From: Octopus vulgaris | Taxonomy: Eukaryota | Direction of reading: 5' to 3' | Length of the DNA: 62,000 nucleotides | Assembly: GCA_951406725.2 (NCBI GenBank) | Contig: OX597825.1 | Coordinates: forward strand, 14,900,001 to 14,962,000 | Part shown: one piece after another, positions 12,828 through 25,400 of the stretch | Numbering within the stretch: the first letter of the stretch is position 1 | How the letters are laid out: every line of letters begins with the position of its first letter | Notes under the pieces: generated by a model | Database searches by the model: none | What the model was told of the DNA's origin: nothing | The model's input: only the letters and a program-made list of their open reading frames with translations | Position numbers and translations under genes: made by a program

Positions 12828-12960
12828 TGTTTCTTTATTAGCCACACAGGGCTGCACACAGACGGGACAGATTACAAAGTAGAGCTTTTCTTTTTGCGAG
12901 GATAAAAGTGGTGTAGGTTTTCGATCAAAAGGGATCGTAAAAAGGAAAGAGAAAAAAAAC
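12747..12960 (-). mobile_element. Putative non-LTR retroelement 3' end with (TATC)n tail
   Basis: Minus strand ends ...ctgtcccgtctgtgtgcagccctgtgtggctaataaagaaacata directly followed by (TATC)n (12747-12826); last ~45 nt resemble the SINE family A tail. Confidence 0.55.
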
Positions 12961-13329
12961 AATCAATAGGGATCGATAGATAGATAGGGAGGGAGGGATC
13001 GATTGACAAACGGACTGACGGATGAAAGGATGGATGGAGGGCTGGAGGGCTAGATGGAGATTAGGAGAAGTAGAAATTTCACCTCGACAAGACTTGAAGA
13101 TCTTGTTCAAAGCTTCGGATTGATTACAAGCGCTAAAGAATCTAATGGTGCAGCAAAATTAACAAAACGCCACTTAAATAAACGGCTCTTTAACAGAAAT
13201 ACCAATTTTAGTATTGGGAAATTCTTACTACGACAAATTCAATTTTAGGTTTATTGCTTCAGTTAAAATTATAAGCTGAAAATGAAACAGATAGAGACAG
13301 TCTGTCTGTATGTTGCCTTTACTGGTCTC

Positions 13330-13470
13330 ATCTGACAACTGATGTTATATTGTTTACGTACCAGTAACTTAACAGTTCGGCCAAATTAGTGGCCAGTATA
13401 ACAGATATCAAATTACAATAAATAATGCGATTGGTTTAATTGACTAAATCTCTTAAGGCGTTCTCCGAGA
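13330..13470 (+). mobile_element. Old SINE family B 3' fragment
   Basis: Diverged match (gacaactgatg...tgtttacgtaccagtaacttaacagttcggc...aaggcgttctcc) to the family B body. Confidence 0.5.
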
Positions 13471-13741
13471 ATGTACGCAATACAATAAATCCATTCGAAG
13501 AGAGAAAACTCACACACAAACACCTACGTGCACAAAATCTGTGGATAGACTAAGCTTCAAATTCTCAACAAGACCTATGAAATAAATCCACTCATTATTG
13601 AGAAGAGTGTTTTTCTCCAATAAAAGATGTCTTCGTTTATGTATACTAGAAACACAAATAACGTTGTATATTAGTGTCCGCACACGTGTGTGTGTGTGTG
13701 TGCCAGTGTATGTACGTGTGTGTTAATATTTATATGTGTAT

Positions 13742-13952
13742 TACTCTTTTACTCTTTTACTTGTTTCAGTCATTTGACTGCGGCCATGCTGGAGCACCGC
13801 CTTTAGTCGAGCAAACAGTCCCCGGGACTTATTCTTTGTAAGCCCAGTACTTATTCTTTCGGTCTCTTTTGCCGAACCGCTAAGTTACGGGGACGTAAAC
13901 ACACCAGCATCGGTTGTCAAGCAATGCTAGGGGGACAAACACAGACACACAA

Positions 13953-14024
<72 letters not shown>

Positions 14025-14187
14025 GACAGGCTTCTTTCAGTTTCCGTCTACCAAATCCACTCGCAAGGCATTGGTCGGCCCGAGGCTATAGCAGAAGACA
14101 CTTACCCAAGGTGCCACGCAGTGGGACTGAACCCGGAACCATGTGGTTGGTTAGCAAGCTACTTACCACACAGCCACTCCTGCGCCT
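13742..14187 (-). mobile_element. Full-length SINE family B (tRNA head, CORE-like domain, internal microsatellite)
   Basis: Minus strand head aggcgcaggagtggctgtgtggtaagtagc...gggttcagtccc, then caccttgggtaagtgtcttc; internal (TA)/(CA); (aaagagt)n-like tail; similar copies at 36165, 36975, 42316. Confidence 0.9.
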
Positions 14188-15514
14188 ATGCATGCTTCTG
14201 CTAATTTATGTGTGTGTTTATCTTACTCTACGTATGTGTAACCAGCTGATACTTACTGAGCCAAAAAAAAGGGGGGTTACTACAAGAGAAAATATAGAAA
14301 TGTAATTACGACCGTAATTTATCGGATTGTTAACGGAATCTATGATATGTACATTGAAGAAATACTTTTTATTCAGAATATGTTTCTATTGATGTTCCAA
14401 AATTAAAAGTTGTCTTATTCCTGAATATGAATATAAACATGAACTGAATTTAAACAAGAAATCTTTACTTCCAAAGGAATTGTTACAGGTTAGATAGAAA
14501 TATAATTTTTTTTTTGTTTATTTAAATAGTTCCTCCAGTAGCGTTCGCCATATTGAGTTGACATTAGAAACGAGCTCACTGATCCAATTATCAAAAATCG
14601 ATATGCGGCTGCTATTTTTCACTTGTCAATAATTCCTCCGTGGTGTCTTATCTACAATAGGAATTACATTCTCACGTAGACTATAGTTCCGTTATTCGAA
14701 TCATACATGTCTACGAATTACTGAGTTTGATATTTCTTTGGAAGTTTGTTACAGTTTAGATATGTACAAATTGTCTCGTTTTTATGTTAGAAGAATAGTA
14801 TTGCTCCTTACATTTCGATCGAAGAATATTATTGTTCTCTTTTCGATCGTAATAAATACGATAGAAGATATTACTTAATCGTACCAACTTGTAGGCTTTA
14901 TATGGTTTAACAGCAGTTTATTATAAATTATTAAAATTCCTGTATTTCAGTGTAGATCAGATTTATAACGAGCAAATTTCAGATATCTTAAATAGTTTTG
15001 CTTTACAAAAGTGTGTGCAATAATATAAATGTATACCGGTATATAGGCTAGCATACAATATCGTTCTAAGGCCTGCCAAACAGAAAGACGTCACCAGCAT
15101 CCGGTCCAGCCACCCAGTTCAAAAAATTTCCGTTGTATTGCATTTAATGTTGCTGACATGATGACCTCGCTTCTAACAACTCCTTGTGGCCAGCCTTCAA
15201 CAGTAGCAGCCAAGCATATGGCCGCCGTCTCTATTCGGTTATCAAAGCCTGAATGCGCTGGTTCTCAGTAAGAAGCCTATGAAATTGTGTGTCAGTGCGT
15301 GCACGAGGGCGTGGGTGTTTTGTGTGTATGTCTTTAGTTTTAAACAATATAACTTAAGGATAGGCATCTTCAAGCTTTCAATTCTTGCTTTATATATTCA
15401 CTGAGTGGATATACAAATGAAAAGAAGCGCTGATTTACCTGCTACCGAACGGAAACGAGGAGCTATAGGTACTATAAATTGGAGCGATTTGGTTAGAATA
15501 TATTAAAGAATACC

Positions 15515-15744
15515 CATTTCTTTACTACCCACAAGGGGCTAAACACAGAGGGGACAAACAAGGACAGACAAAGGGATTAAGTCCATTATATCGACCCCCA
15601 GTGCGTAACTGGTACTAAATTTATCGACCCCGGAAGGATGAAAGGCAAAGTGGACCTCGGCGGAATTTGAACTCAGAACGTAAGACCAGACGAAATACCG
15701 GTCAGCATTTCACCCGGCGTGCTAACGTTTCTGCCAGCTCGCCG
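15515..15744 (-). mobile_element. SINE family A, young copy
   Basis: 17-bp TSD atatattaaagaatacc at 15498-15514 and 15745-15761. Confidence 0.95.
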
Positions 15745-15813
15745 ATATATTAAAGAATACCGGATTATACTACACTTGCACTGAGTCCTGTAATTTATCC
15801 CCTCTTGTGAATA

Positions 15814-15817
<4 letters not shown>

Positions 15818-15873
<56 letters not shown>

Positions 15874-16070
15874 TATATAGATAGATAGATACATACATAC
15901 ATATATAAATATATATATATATGTGTGTTTGTGTTTGTGTGTGTGTGCGAGTGTATATATATATATATATGTGTGTTTTTGTATATATACACATACATAC
16001 ATATACACACATATTCATATATGTGTGTATCTAAGTATATTGATTCATACATATATACATACTTGAGTAG
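15818..16070. repeat. Compound (TA)/(GT) tract
   Basis: Direct inspection. Confidence 0.9.
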
Positions 16071-16769
16071 GTATATATCATAACCTTCATAACGTGATTA
16101 AACCGTTTCTGTCGATTGTGGATCTATGCAGAGACTTGCACTGAACTCTGCGCTCGTAGAGGCGACATTTCGATGTTTGTTGATATAGCATACATTTCTA
16201 AGATGTTTCTTCTTCACTTTCATGAAAGCAGCATTTCATATGTATTATTAGCAATATAAAACGACAACTGTCTCTTTGATTTCATCTCATATTCTCAATT
16301 GTTTGCAGATCAAACGATATGAAAAATCCATTTTTAAAAAATGAATTACACCGCCGCAATAAAGCAACATTCTGTTGTAGTTTGTATTCTGCATTCTGTC
16401 ATCTACACAGGACTTCAATAGTGGAATGAATATAGCAAAATATATAAATCTAACATAAAGCTATTTTTGCAGGTACGTTGCTGCTGCTGCTGCTGCTGCT
16501 GTATTCCGAGAGTGGAAGTTCCATTTGTCTTCTTGATAAAAATGAAATAGATCTACGTCTTATTTGCTGTTCAGTTCACTTGCAGTAATGATATATATAT
16601 TCCGAGATCACCTGACTGAAGTAACTTTGCTGAAGAATACACGCAATTGCATACACATTGATCACAGGGATATATCGATATATCTATCTATCTATCTATC
16701 TCTATTTATCTATCTGTCCATGTATCTATCTGTATATATGTATATAACGGGAAGCTTTATGAAAATAAA

Positions 16770-16901
16770 CAAAAGACGAAGGCAGGTGGAGTACAAACAA
16801 ACAATTGTATTAATAAGGCGCTCAGGAATATAAATAAAACAAGTCTTTTATGTTTCGAGCCTACGCTCCTCAACATATACATATATATAATTTATACATA
16901 T

Positions 16902-16971
<70 letters not shown>

Positions 16972-17185
16972 TTACATATATATATACATATATATATATA
17001 GTTAATCCGAACAAGAAAGCACAAAAAAAAACACAACAACGCGAGGACGTGGAACAAATATAGTATTATTGGACGCTCAGGAAGGAAGGGAAGAAGGAGG
17101 GTTTAACGATTCGAGTGATGCTCTTTGTCGGAAACATAGGAGAAGGAAAAATCCAGAGAAGGGAAGACAGAGGGAAAATATCGAC
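16770..17185 (-). mobile_element. Repeat carrying two degenerate hammerhead-like motifs (probable Penelope pLTR remnant)
   Basis: Two parallel units (16807-16876, 17063-17131) sharing, on the + strand, gtatta...cgctcagga...ttcgag...gctc; separated by a (CA)/(TA) tract. Confidence 0.5.
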
Positions 17186-17187
17186 AA

Positions 17188-17410
17188 CACGTCCCCGTAA
17201 CTTAGTGATTCGGCAAAAGAAGCCGATAGAATAAGTACTAGGCTTACATAGAATAAGTCCTGGTGTCGATTTCCTCGACTAAAGGCGCTGCTCCACCATG
17301 GCCGAAGTCAAAAATGACTGAAACAAATAAAAGAGTAAAATAGTCACTTTGATCAAGTAAAATTATCCAAGGCGGTGCTCCAGCATGGCAGCTGTCTAAT
17401 TAATGAAACT
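17188..17410 (+). mobile_element. SINE family B 3' fragments (tail present twice)
   Basis: gtccccgtaacttag...aaggcgctgctccaccatggcc...tgactgaaacaaataaaagagtaaaa, then a second aaggcggtgctccagcatggc. Confidence 0.75.
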
Positions 17411-17984
17411 GCATATTTTAAAGGAATCTGCTATATCAAGCCATCATTGTTCCGCGAGTAGCCATTCATTGCAGAGATGTATATGTTCTTTTAGTATGTA
17501 TTGACTCTATAAGGTTAGTCGCCATCCGGGCAGATGTAATGAAGTATAACAGGTTCAATGAAGGGGGTCTGATATTTTCGTGTGTACACGATTTATTTTA
17601 TCAGTAGGTGGAAATATACATTGCAAAATTTGTTGTTCATAATTCGTCCTATCTATGAGATTTGTAGCCAAAACTGAAGCCTAGAGAAAGTGTCCGGCGG
17701 GCATTGTGACTGAGTTTCAGACGAACCGCGCTCAGAATGTATTCCATACAAATAAGATTCAATGTTGGTTTATTCATAAGCTGCAAAGTAACGAAGAGCA
17801 GCGGACGAAATATTTGACAGCGTATATATTTGCTCGTGTATGCTGTGAATTGAAATAACATTTAGATGAAGTTGTCGACGATCGTAAATTTGATAAGTTC
17901 CTGTCTCAGTATATGCGTTTATATACATGCATAAAAGCACAGTTCCTCATAAATTTACATCTGTACATATATACATACATATAT

Positions 17985-17992
17985 GCATAAAA

Positions 17993-18037
<45 letters not shown>

Positions 18038-18212
18038 CTGTACACCACTTCAAATAATCTATAGATAAGCTCACATACACACATGTGTATATATATAGAT
18101 AGATAGATAAATAGATAGATAGGTAGACAGACAGATAGATATATAGACAGACAGACAGATATATAGACAGACAGACAGGCATATAGATATATCGACAGAC
18201 AGACAGACAGAC

Positions 18213-18283
<71 letters not shown>

Positions 18284-18420
18284 CAGATAGATAGATAGAT
18301 ACACATGCATATAAGAATAAGCGTATGTATATACAAAAGTTTATTCACACTCATAGTCACACACATGCGCTCTCAAACACACACACACACACTAACACAT
18401 TAATACATACACACACGTAT
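17985..18420. repeat. (CA)n plus (AGAT/AGAC)n compound tract
   Basis: Direct inspection. Confidence 0.95.
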
Positions 18421-18481
18421 CGTTATATATTTTATTTCTATTATACGGCCATAGTGTAAACAAATATCGTATATATATCGT

Positions 18482-18518
<37 letters not shown>

Positions 18519-19678
18519 ACGTACATTGTTTATAAAAGAATTTGTGTATCATTTCCTCTCCTTGGCCATGTTCCTCTTAAGTATAGACAAATATCACCAC
18601 TATCATTATTAACTATCTGTCATTATAATGTAAAAGGATATTTCAGCCTAGAACGTCTTAATTATAATCTTATAATCTTTTGCCAGTATGATAAAGTATT
18701 TTTAACAAAGACTGAAAAAGATTTGCTCCCTATTTAGATTATAGCTGTTCTGGTATTAATCCTCGTCTTTGTAGTCACCTATTACTTTGCGTATATTTTT
18801 ACTATTTATTGTTTATCCTGCATTCCGAATCGTTATATTTTTCATACTGTAGAGCATTCTGTAAGTATTACTTTCGCCAGTCTGCAGATCTTTATGCTTG
18901 CATAACTCATCCGTTCTTTTTGAAGCAGATATTCACTTGTCAGGATGAATGCGCCTTCTTCTGACAGCGTATTTGAATTAATCAGCATATATAACTTCTA
19001 TCAAATTTCCATTTTGTCATTCCTAAACAGATCATGTAATGTATATTCTGTAATCTGTTTCCTGCATAAATTCCATTTTCTTTTTACACAACCATCATTA
19101 GTCGCTTGTTATATATTACTAAAGTATTATTAATGTTATATGGTATTACTTTCTTATATAATATTTCATATCAGTCGATGGTAAAATAAGTAGGTTATCG
19201 AACGTCATTTGTTGTATCTCGGGTGGATTATTATGCCAATTAAAATCACATGCAATAGTCTTTAGATAGGGTATGCCCTTGATAAAGTTGCGAACGGTAA
19301 CAGAGTGACTTTGGCAGATTTGATTAATAAAAAAACCGGTTAGTTAATTGGTTAAATGGTAGATCAATAGGTTAAAAAAATTAAAGATATGAAACAGAAC
19401 CAATGAATATATTTATTATAGACATAACGACCCTCCCAATATACAGCAAAATATGCTTCAGCAAACGGTTTCATATCAGGAAAATTTACGAACCAAAAAG
19501 AAAATCGAAAATAGTTTTTGACAATTAATTAAGACAAGTAAAGTCCGCTTTCGAAACCATCCAGTACATATCATTTCCATTCTTCCAATATACAAGGTAA
19601 AAGTATACAAATTATTATACAGTCAATTTTATCTAGTCTTTGACTGAACCCATATTGTGTAGCCCCAATCGAAGAAAT

Positions 19679-19764
19679 TCGGTACATAAATGTTAAGAGA
19701 TATGAAAGTAATGTTTGGTTACAACTAAACATTACTTTCATATCTCTTAACATTTATGTACCGA
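19679..19764. repeat. Perfect 38-bp inverted repeat (hairpin)
   Basis: tcggtacataaatgttaagagatatgaaagtaatgttt (19679-19716) is the exact reverse complement of 19727-19764; 10-nt spacer. Confidence 0.95.
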
Positions 19765-20194
19765 TTCCGGGAGTTTTTAAAGTATATAACTAAGTGTTGA
19801 CTAAGTCATCCCGAAATCAGTTGCTTTAGATTACGTATGCGCAGATGCCATGTACTGATTTCGAAGAGTATTCGTAGGTGAACGCATTGAAAATACTTCA
19901 AGTTCACTTCCGATGTAATATATTATTTTACTTGACTAACCTACATGAATGGTAGTATCACAAAGGCTTGCTGGGAAAGTAACCCGTTATTTACATCTAG
20001 ACACTGGTATATTTTTGATAGCCTACTGGTTTGATATTTCCCTTATGCTTTCATATGAAGTTTTATTTTTTCCACTTGAAAGCCAGTATTTCAATGATTG
20101 CGACGTAATTTGTTGTTGTAATTTGATTCTCCTCACTCTCGTTGATTTCTTTGTTTCTTTTTTATTTTAAGCCCCCTGTTTTCTTCTTCACCTC

Positions 20195-20700
20195 ATCTTT
20201 TATATACCTGTGTACAGGACGTAATTAGAACTTTAAAAAACACCGCGAAACTAAGGCTCGTCTTATATACTCTGTATAAAATCTGAAACTTAAATTCATC
20301 TGGTTTAGAGTAGCATTAATGTCAATGTAAAAAAGTCGACGCATCAGTGGCGTCACTACAGTAGATATGTATTATAGATGGTAATTTACAATATTTGACC
20401 ACGTTTTGAAAATAACTAGATAAATACTATACAACCAAGACTGAAGAATTGTTGCATACAAAGTTTACTGACTGAAACATAGTTAAAATGCCATCGAAAC
20501 ACGAGAAAAGCAGGAGCCGCCGCAGGGGGAACCAAAGCGCACCCGTCCACTTCAGCTATGAAACTCGAGCCTTCGGCGCTCGAGCTATTTTGCATGAAAA
20601 CTTGGGTTAGACTTATATAGCAAGTATGGCTCAAAACTCACACTTTCAATGGAAATCTTGAGGGTCATCTTGTAAAGCCAGTCATTTTATATAACGATAT
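20195..20700 (+). mobile_element. Possible pogo/Tc1-like MITE
   Basis: Repeated gtc(g/a)tcttata-like motifs at ~20257, ~20608, ~20665, ~20681 and an inverted version near 20210; internal short ATG ORF MPSKHEK; ends at a TA tract. Confidence 0.4.
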
Positions 20701-20713
20701 ATATATATATATA

Positions 20714-20745
<32 letters not shown>

Positions 20746-20764
20746 GTGGCGATTAAACTACTCT

Positions 20765-20799
<35 letters not shown>

Positions 20800-21167
20800 A
20801 CGTGCGTGTGTATGTATGATGTATGCATGTATATATGTGTGTGACAATACGCTTTTAAAATGTACTTACATATATAAAATTTATTGACGCCTGTTCAAGA
20901 ACATAAAAAAGTAGCCATTGTTATTTCATTAGATTCAAAAGCTTTATTTATGTTTTAAAAAGGAGACATAGTAAATACTTTCTTTGCCATAATTCGATTT
21001 AAATTCTTACAATTCCATAACAAAATGTATCAGTGGCGTCTTGCATCTAAAATTAACAGCAACTTTTGGTCTTTTGACAAAAAAATAAAAGCAAGTTGAA
21101 TAACTTAGAGACGGACATTTGCTAACTATTCGAAAATATATTTCGGATTATATTATTTCCGTTGACG

Positions 21168-21576
21168 AAGGCGGCGAGCTGGCAGAAACGTTAGCACACC
21201 GGGCGAAATGCTTAGGGGTATTTCGTCTGCCGCTGCGTTCTGAATTCAAATTCCGCCGAGGTCGACTCAGCCTTTCATCCTTTCGGGGTCGATTAAATAA
21301 GTACCAGTTACGCACTGGGGTCGATATAATCGACTTCATCCTTTTGTCTGTCCTTGTTTGCACCTCTATGTTTAGCCCCTTGTGGGTAGTAAAGAAATAA
21401 GAAACGTTTGAACGCCGGGCGAAATGCTTTGCGGTACTTTGTCTCTCATTACGTTCTGAATTGAAATTCAGGCTTTCAGGGTCGATAAATTAAGTACCAG
21501 TTGCGTACTGAGATCAATCCAATCCACTAGCCCCCTTCTCAAATATTTCGGACCTTGTGCCTAGAGTAGGAAAGAA
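21168..21576 (+). mobile_element. Head-to-tail SINE family A dimer (two subfamilies)
   Basis: Monomer 1 21168-21400, monomer 2 21401-21576 with a different tail; one 14-bp TSD tatttccgttgacg at 21154-21167 and 21577-21590. Confidence 0.85.
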
Positions 21577-22128
21577 TATTTCCGTTGACGTCATTTCGAG
21601 AAAATATATTGCGAGTTTGTTTTATTTTTATTCTTATTTTTGCCGATGAAATATGAGGAAAAAAGGTTTAGTTTTAAATCGTCGTATTGTACTCGTTGAT
21701 CTCTTACCGACATTGCAGATCTTTCTCAGAATATTACTGCGGTCACCAAATTGTTGTTAGATCTGTATTCTAATATATTTCGAACAATGAAATTTCAGCA
21801 GATAAATCTACCTGCACTGCATCGAATGCTGTGCAGAGCGATACCTTGTCATTCACTTCTCACAGTAAGATAATTTATTGATTCTTAATTCTTATATCCA
21901 TACTACTAATTATCGTTTCTGCCTACCTCTACACTGCTCCATTTTTCCCTTTCAATCATGTAAAATATGCTAAACGTACACCGGGGAACTCCTTACTTAA
22001 AATATGTTATGAAGAGCAGTACGACAGATGATGCCTAGTAGATGTATGCGGTGAAATTGCTCTCAAGTCAAACCACTAGGGACATAACCAAGACATAGTT
22101 TAGATACAACATTCTAAAGTCTCCTTGA

Positions 22129-22190
<62 letters not shown>

Positions 22191-22426
22191 AGAAAAAATA
22201 GAAAATGCTACAATAATTTTATAAAGAACAGTTCAGTACCGGTTTCAATTATTGAGATTTTTTCAACTGTAACAATTAAATTATTAGATTTAGAAAAATT
22301 AAGAGAAAAGTTTTTTAAAAAGAATATTTGTATAGTGTTCAAGTATAAGTGGTATTTTCCTTGTTTCTGCCTGTCTCTGTCTCTCTTGTTTACTCTTGTG
22401 GGCTCGAGGTCATTGTGGTCTCGAGG

Positions 22427-22472
<46 letters not shown>

Positions 22473-25400
22473 TGAGAGCAATATTCCTTTCATGAATGGA
22501 ATGTATGTATTCACAGTGTTCCAGTATTTCAATTCAATATGGAAATATTACATATGTTTTGTGTTCATATGTCAAACATAATTCCAATTGTGGTTGTAAT
22601 AATTTTAAAAGCTATTTTCATCCTTAATCAGTTAATTTTAGGTGATTTTAATTTCAATATCACTTACTCTATTCCTAGTTTTTCCTTATCTCTCTCTATA
22701 TATATACAATGTTTTTTGAGAGCGGCTCCAAATATAACTATATTTCATAAAAGATATATCGATTGCTTCTGGTCATCCTGAGATATATATATATATGTAT
22801 ATAATCCAGGTTATATTCTATTGCAGTGAGTGATTTAACAATCAGTTATTGTATTTCAGCTGTATTTTTTATGATCTCAAAGAAGGTTGAGCATCAAAAG
22901 TAAATTAATACTAAAGCGCTTTCTTAGCTCCGTCGAACAGAGAATTATTTCGAAGCATTCGAGTTAGTATCTCAATATTGTAACGTATTTTATGCTTTTT
23001 ATGCCCCGGTTTATATTTCCGGTTTGCTAAAAATATCTTTCTTAAATGTTGGTGTCCTACAGGCATTCTGTTGCAAAATACTATCTGATATAATGCTGTC
23101 TGTAATATAGGTGAATGTCAGATTTAATATTTTGATTGGAAATAATTTTAATAGAACCAACATTGTTAAGAACACTTTTTTTGCAGTTTCTGTATTTTTA
23201 TATTCATGCAATTTTTTTTTTTTATAAAATGTTGGAAGCTTTTATCAATTATAAAAATTACTTTTCCCATATGTTTCTTGTAGCAGTTCCATTTCATTTA
23301 CATTTCTTTATATTTTATATTATTTTATATTTTTCGTGATCGGAAATTTATTGTCTGTAATGATTTCATTCATTACAATGGTGACATTTCAATTTGGATA
23401 ATAAAATAATAAATTTACATTTCTATACATATAAATATGCATGGATATATGCGTATGAATGTGTGCAATTTATCATTGAATGGAATTCAAAAATCGTTTA
23501 TAATAATAATATCAAAGCAATGTTTGTAAGAAAGAAATTGTAATTACTATAATTACTTTATTCAAAGATGTTGATATTTTCAGATGTGACATGCCTGACT
23601 AAACTTGAGAAATATCGACATGCGTCGCTGAACAATCCATTAGCAATGACACACAAATAAATTCATAAAATTAATTCACATCTCAATGCTGTTAAACACT
23701 TTATATTTTAATTGATTCAATATTTTCTTGACGTTCTGCGAATGATTTGCATTTATATAATTTTAACTATGTTTCTATTTTCGTAACAATTTTTATATTA
23801 CTAGCATCAAACAGCGACAGTTTTTACTTGTATTTAAATTCATTACATTATTGTTTCTATATTGAATTTATATATATTTATTCATTTTTTCCTCATCAAA
23901 ACTCAATCATGTTCGAATGCATTTTAATTTAATAACAAAATTTAATGTATTATTTTTTCCAATGAGTTTTGCATAATACGTTTCAAAATTTCCAAGTATT
24001 TACATGCTTCTGGATTTAAGTATCAAACTTTCAAATACCGTATATTTCCTGGGGTTACTGAAGAGTAAATGTTGTCTGTAGGTGTAGGTCAATATCGATG
24101 TATATATACAGTAATCATTATATATTTATGTTTAGCAATTTAGCAATTAAAAAATAATTTCTGTATAGCATTAAATGATTCCTTAAACTACAAACAAGAT
24201 TATTTTTGTGTTATATTCTCAGATTAAGGCAGGAATATATATATGCCTGAAGTATTAAAGGAATTATTCAGTTAGTTCAACAGTTTTTTAAGAGCACCTA
24301 GCATTTACACTTCCTCGAATAAAGTGACAAATAAGCATTTTTTCTGGAAATTCTATCATGTTATTAAATTCCATTAATTGGTTTGGCAAATATATACACT
24401 TATACTTTTTGTGGCGTTGCTACAACGAGAGGAAAACATTAAAAAGACATTATGCTTCTAATAAAATTAGTACAGAACACATGCAGTAAAAGCTACGAAT
24501 AACAACAGAAAAAATAAACTGCTTTCAAACGCGGTTCACACATTTTTAAAGTACTACCGAACAGATGTTATTGAGTTATGAACAAACACGGACTGCACAT
24601 AAACATGCCTGGCAAGGTAAAAATAAATATTAATTGCTAATAAACAGACTGATAAAAGCAGTCATGTTTGGAAAACATGTATGTGTATGTAAAATGTTCG
24701 TGATAAAGCGTGACAGAAAACTGAAAATATTATCGATAAAAGTTGCTGACATCCCCATGATTGCCAATGGATCACAGTTCTGCTGCATTTCGGATTCTGC
24801 TTGAGAGAAATACTGATTATTATCCATCCTAGACTAAATATTAAATGAATATTGGACGAGATTCTCAAGGAACAGAAGTTAAAAATTCATTCAGATCATA
24901 TGAAATTTAGTTAAGGTGGCAACTCTTAAATGTAAAGAGCTTACTTTTTTTTAAATGTGCCGGCCTCTACACGGAGTGAGCTTCATGAAAAATGACAATA
25001 TCCTGTAAACATGCAGAGGTCCGCAAACAACTGTGATTATAACGTATGAACCCAAACGCATGCGGTCGTCGAGATGGGGATTATAGATTAGAGGCCATTG
25101 AAGAAGTTCTTGATAGACACCACCTTGAAGTGGATGAACTTGTGGCTTGACGAAATACTGACTAAATTCGTAGATTTGCTACTGGAAAAGATGTCAAAAG
25201 CAACCCCGACCGATACCTGTGAATAAATTTTGTATAAAGAAGTCAAATAAAGTATTTAGTAACAAATAAAGGAATTAAATAGATTTGCCTGTATAAGCCT
25301 GGCATCATCATTTTTTATTTCTCCCATGAGAATGGTACCAAAATAGCACTCGCTAGATGGGGCCCATTTTTATGACTACCTGATTATTTATGTAAACCAT

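Noticed and set aside
18600-19300. Possible decayed helicase-like frame on the minus strand
   Set aside because: No unambiguous motif; too many stops to assign
21799-21864. Candidate + strand exon (tttcag|...ca|gtaaga) translating DKSTCTASNAVQSDTLSF, superficially Ig-like
   Set aside because: Lacks the conserved Tyr of the D-x-G-x-Y-x-C motif, has a short polypyrimidine tract and no partner exons
24630-24827. ATG-initiated ORF MDNNQYFSQAESEMQQNCDPL
   Set aside because: 65 aa, no recognisable domain or supporting splice donor
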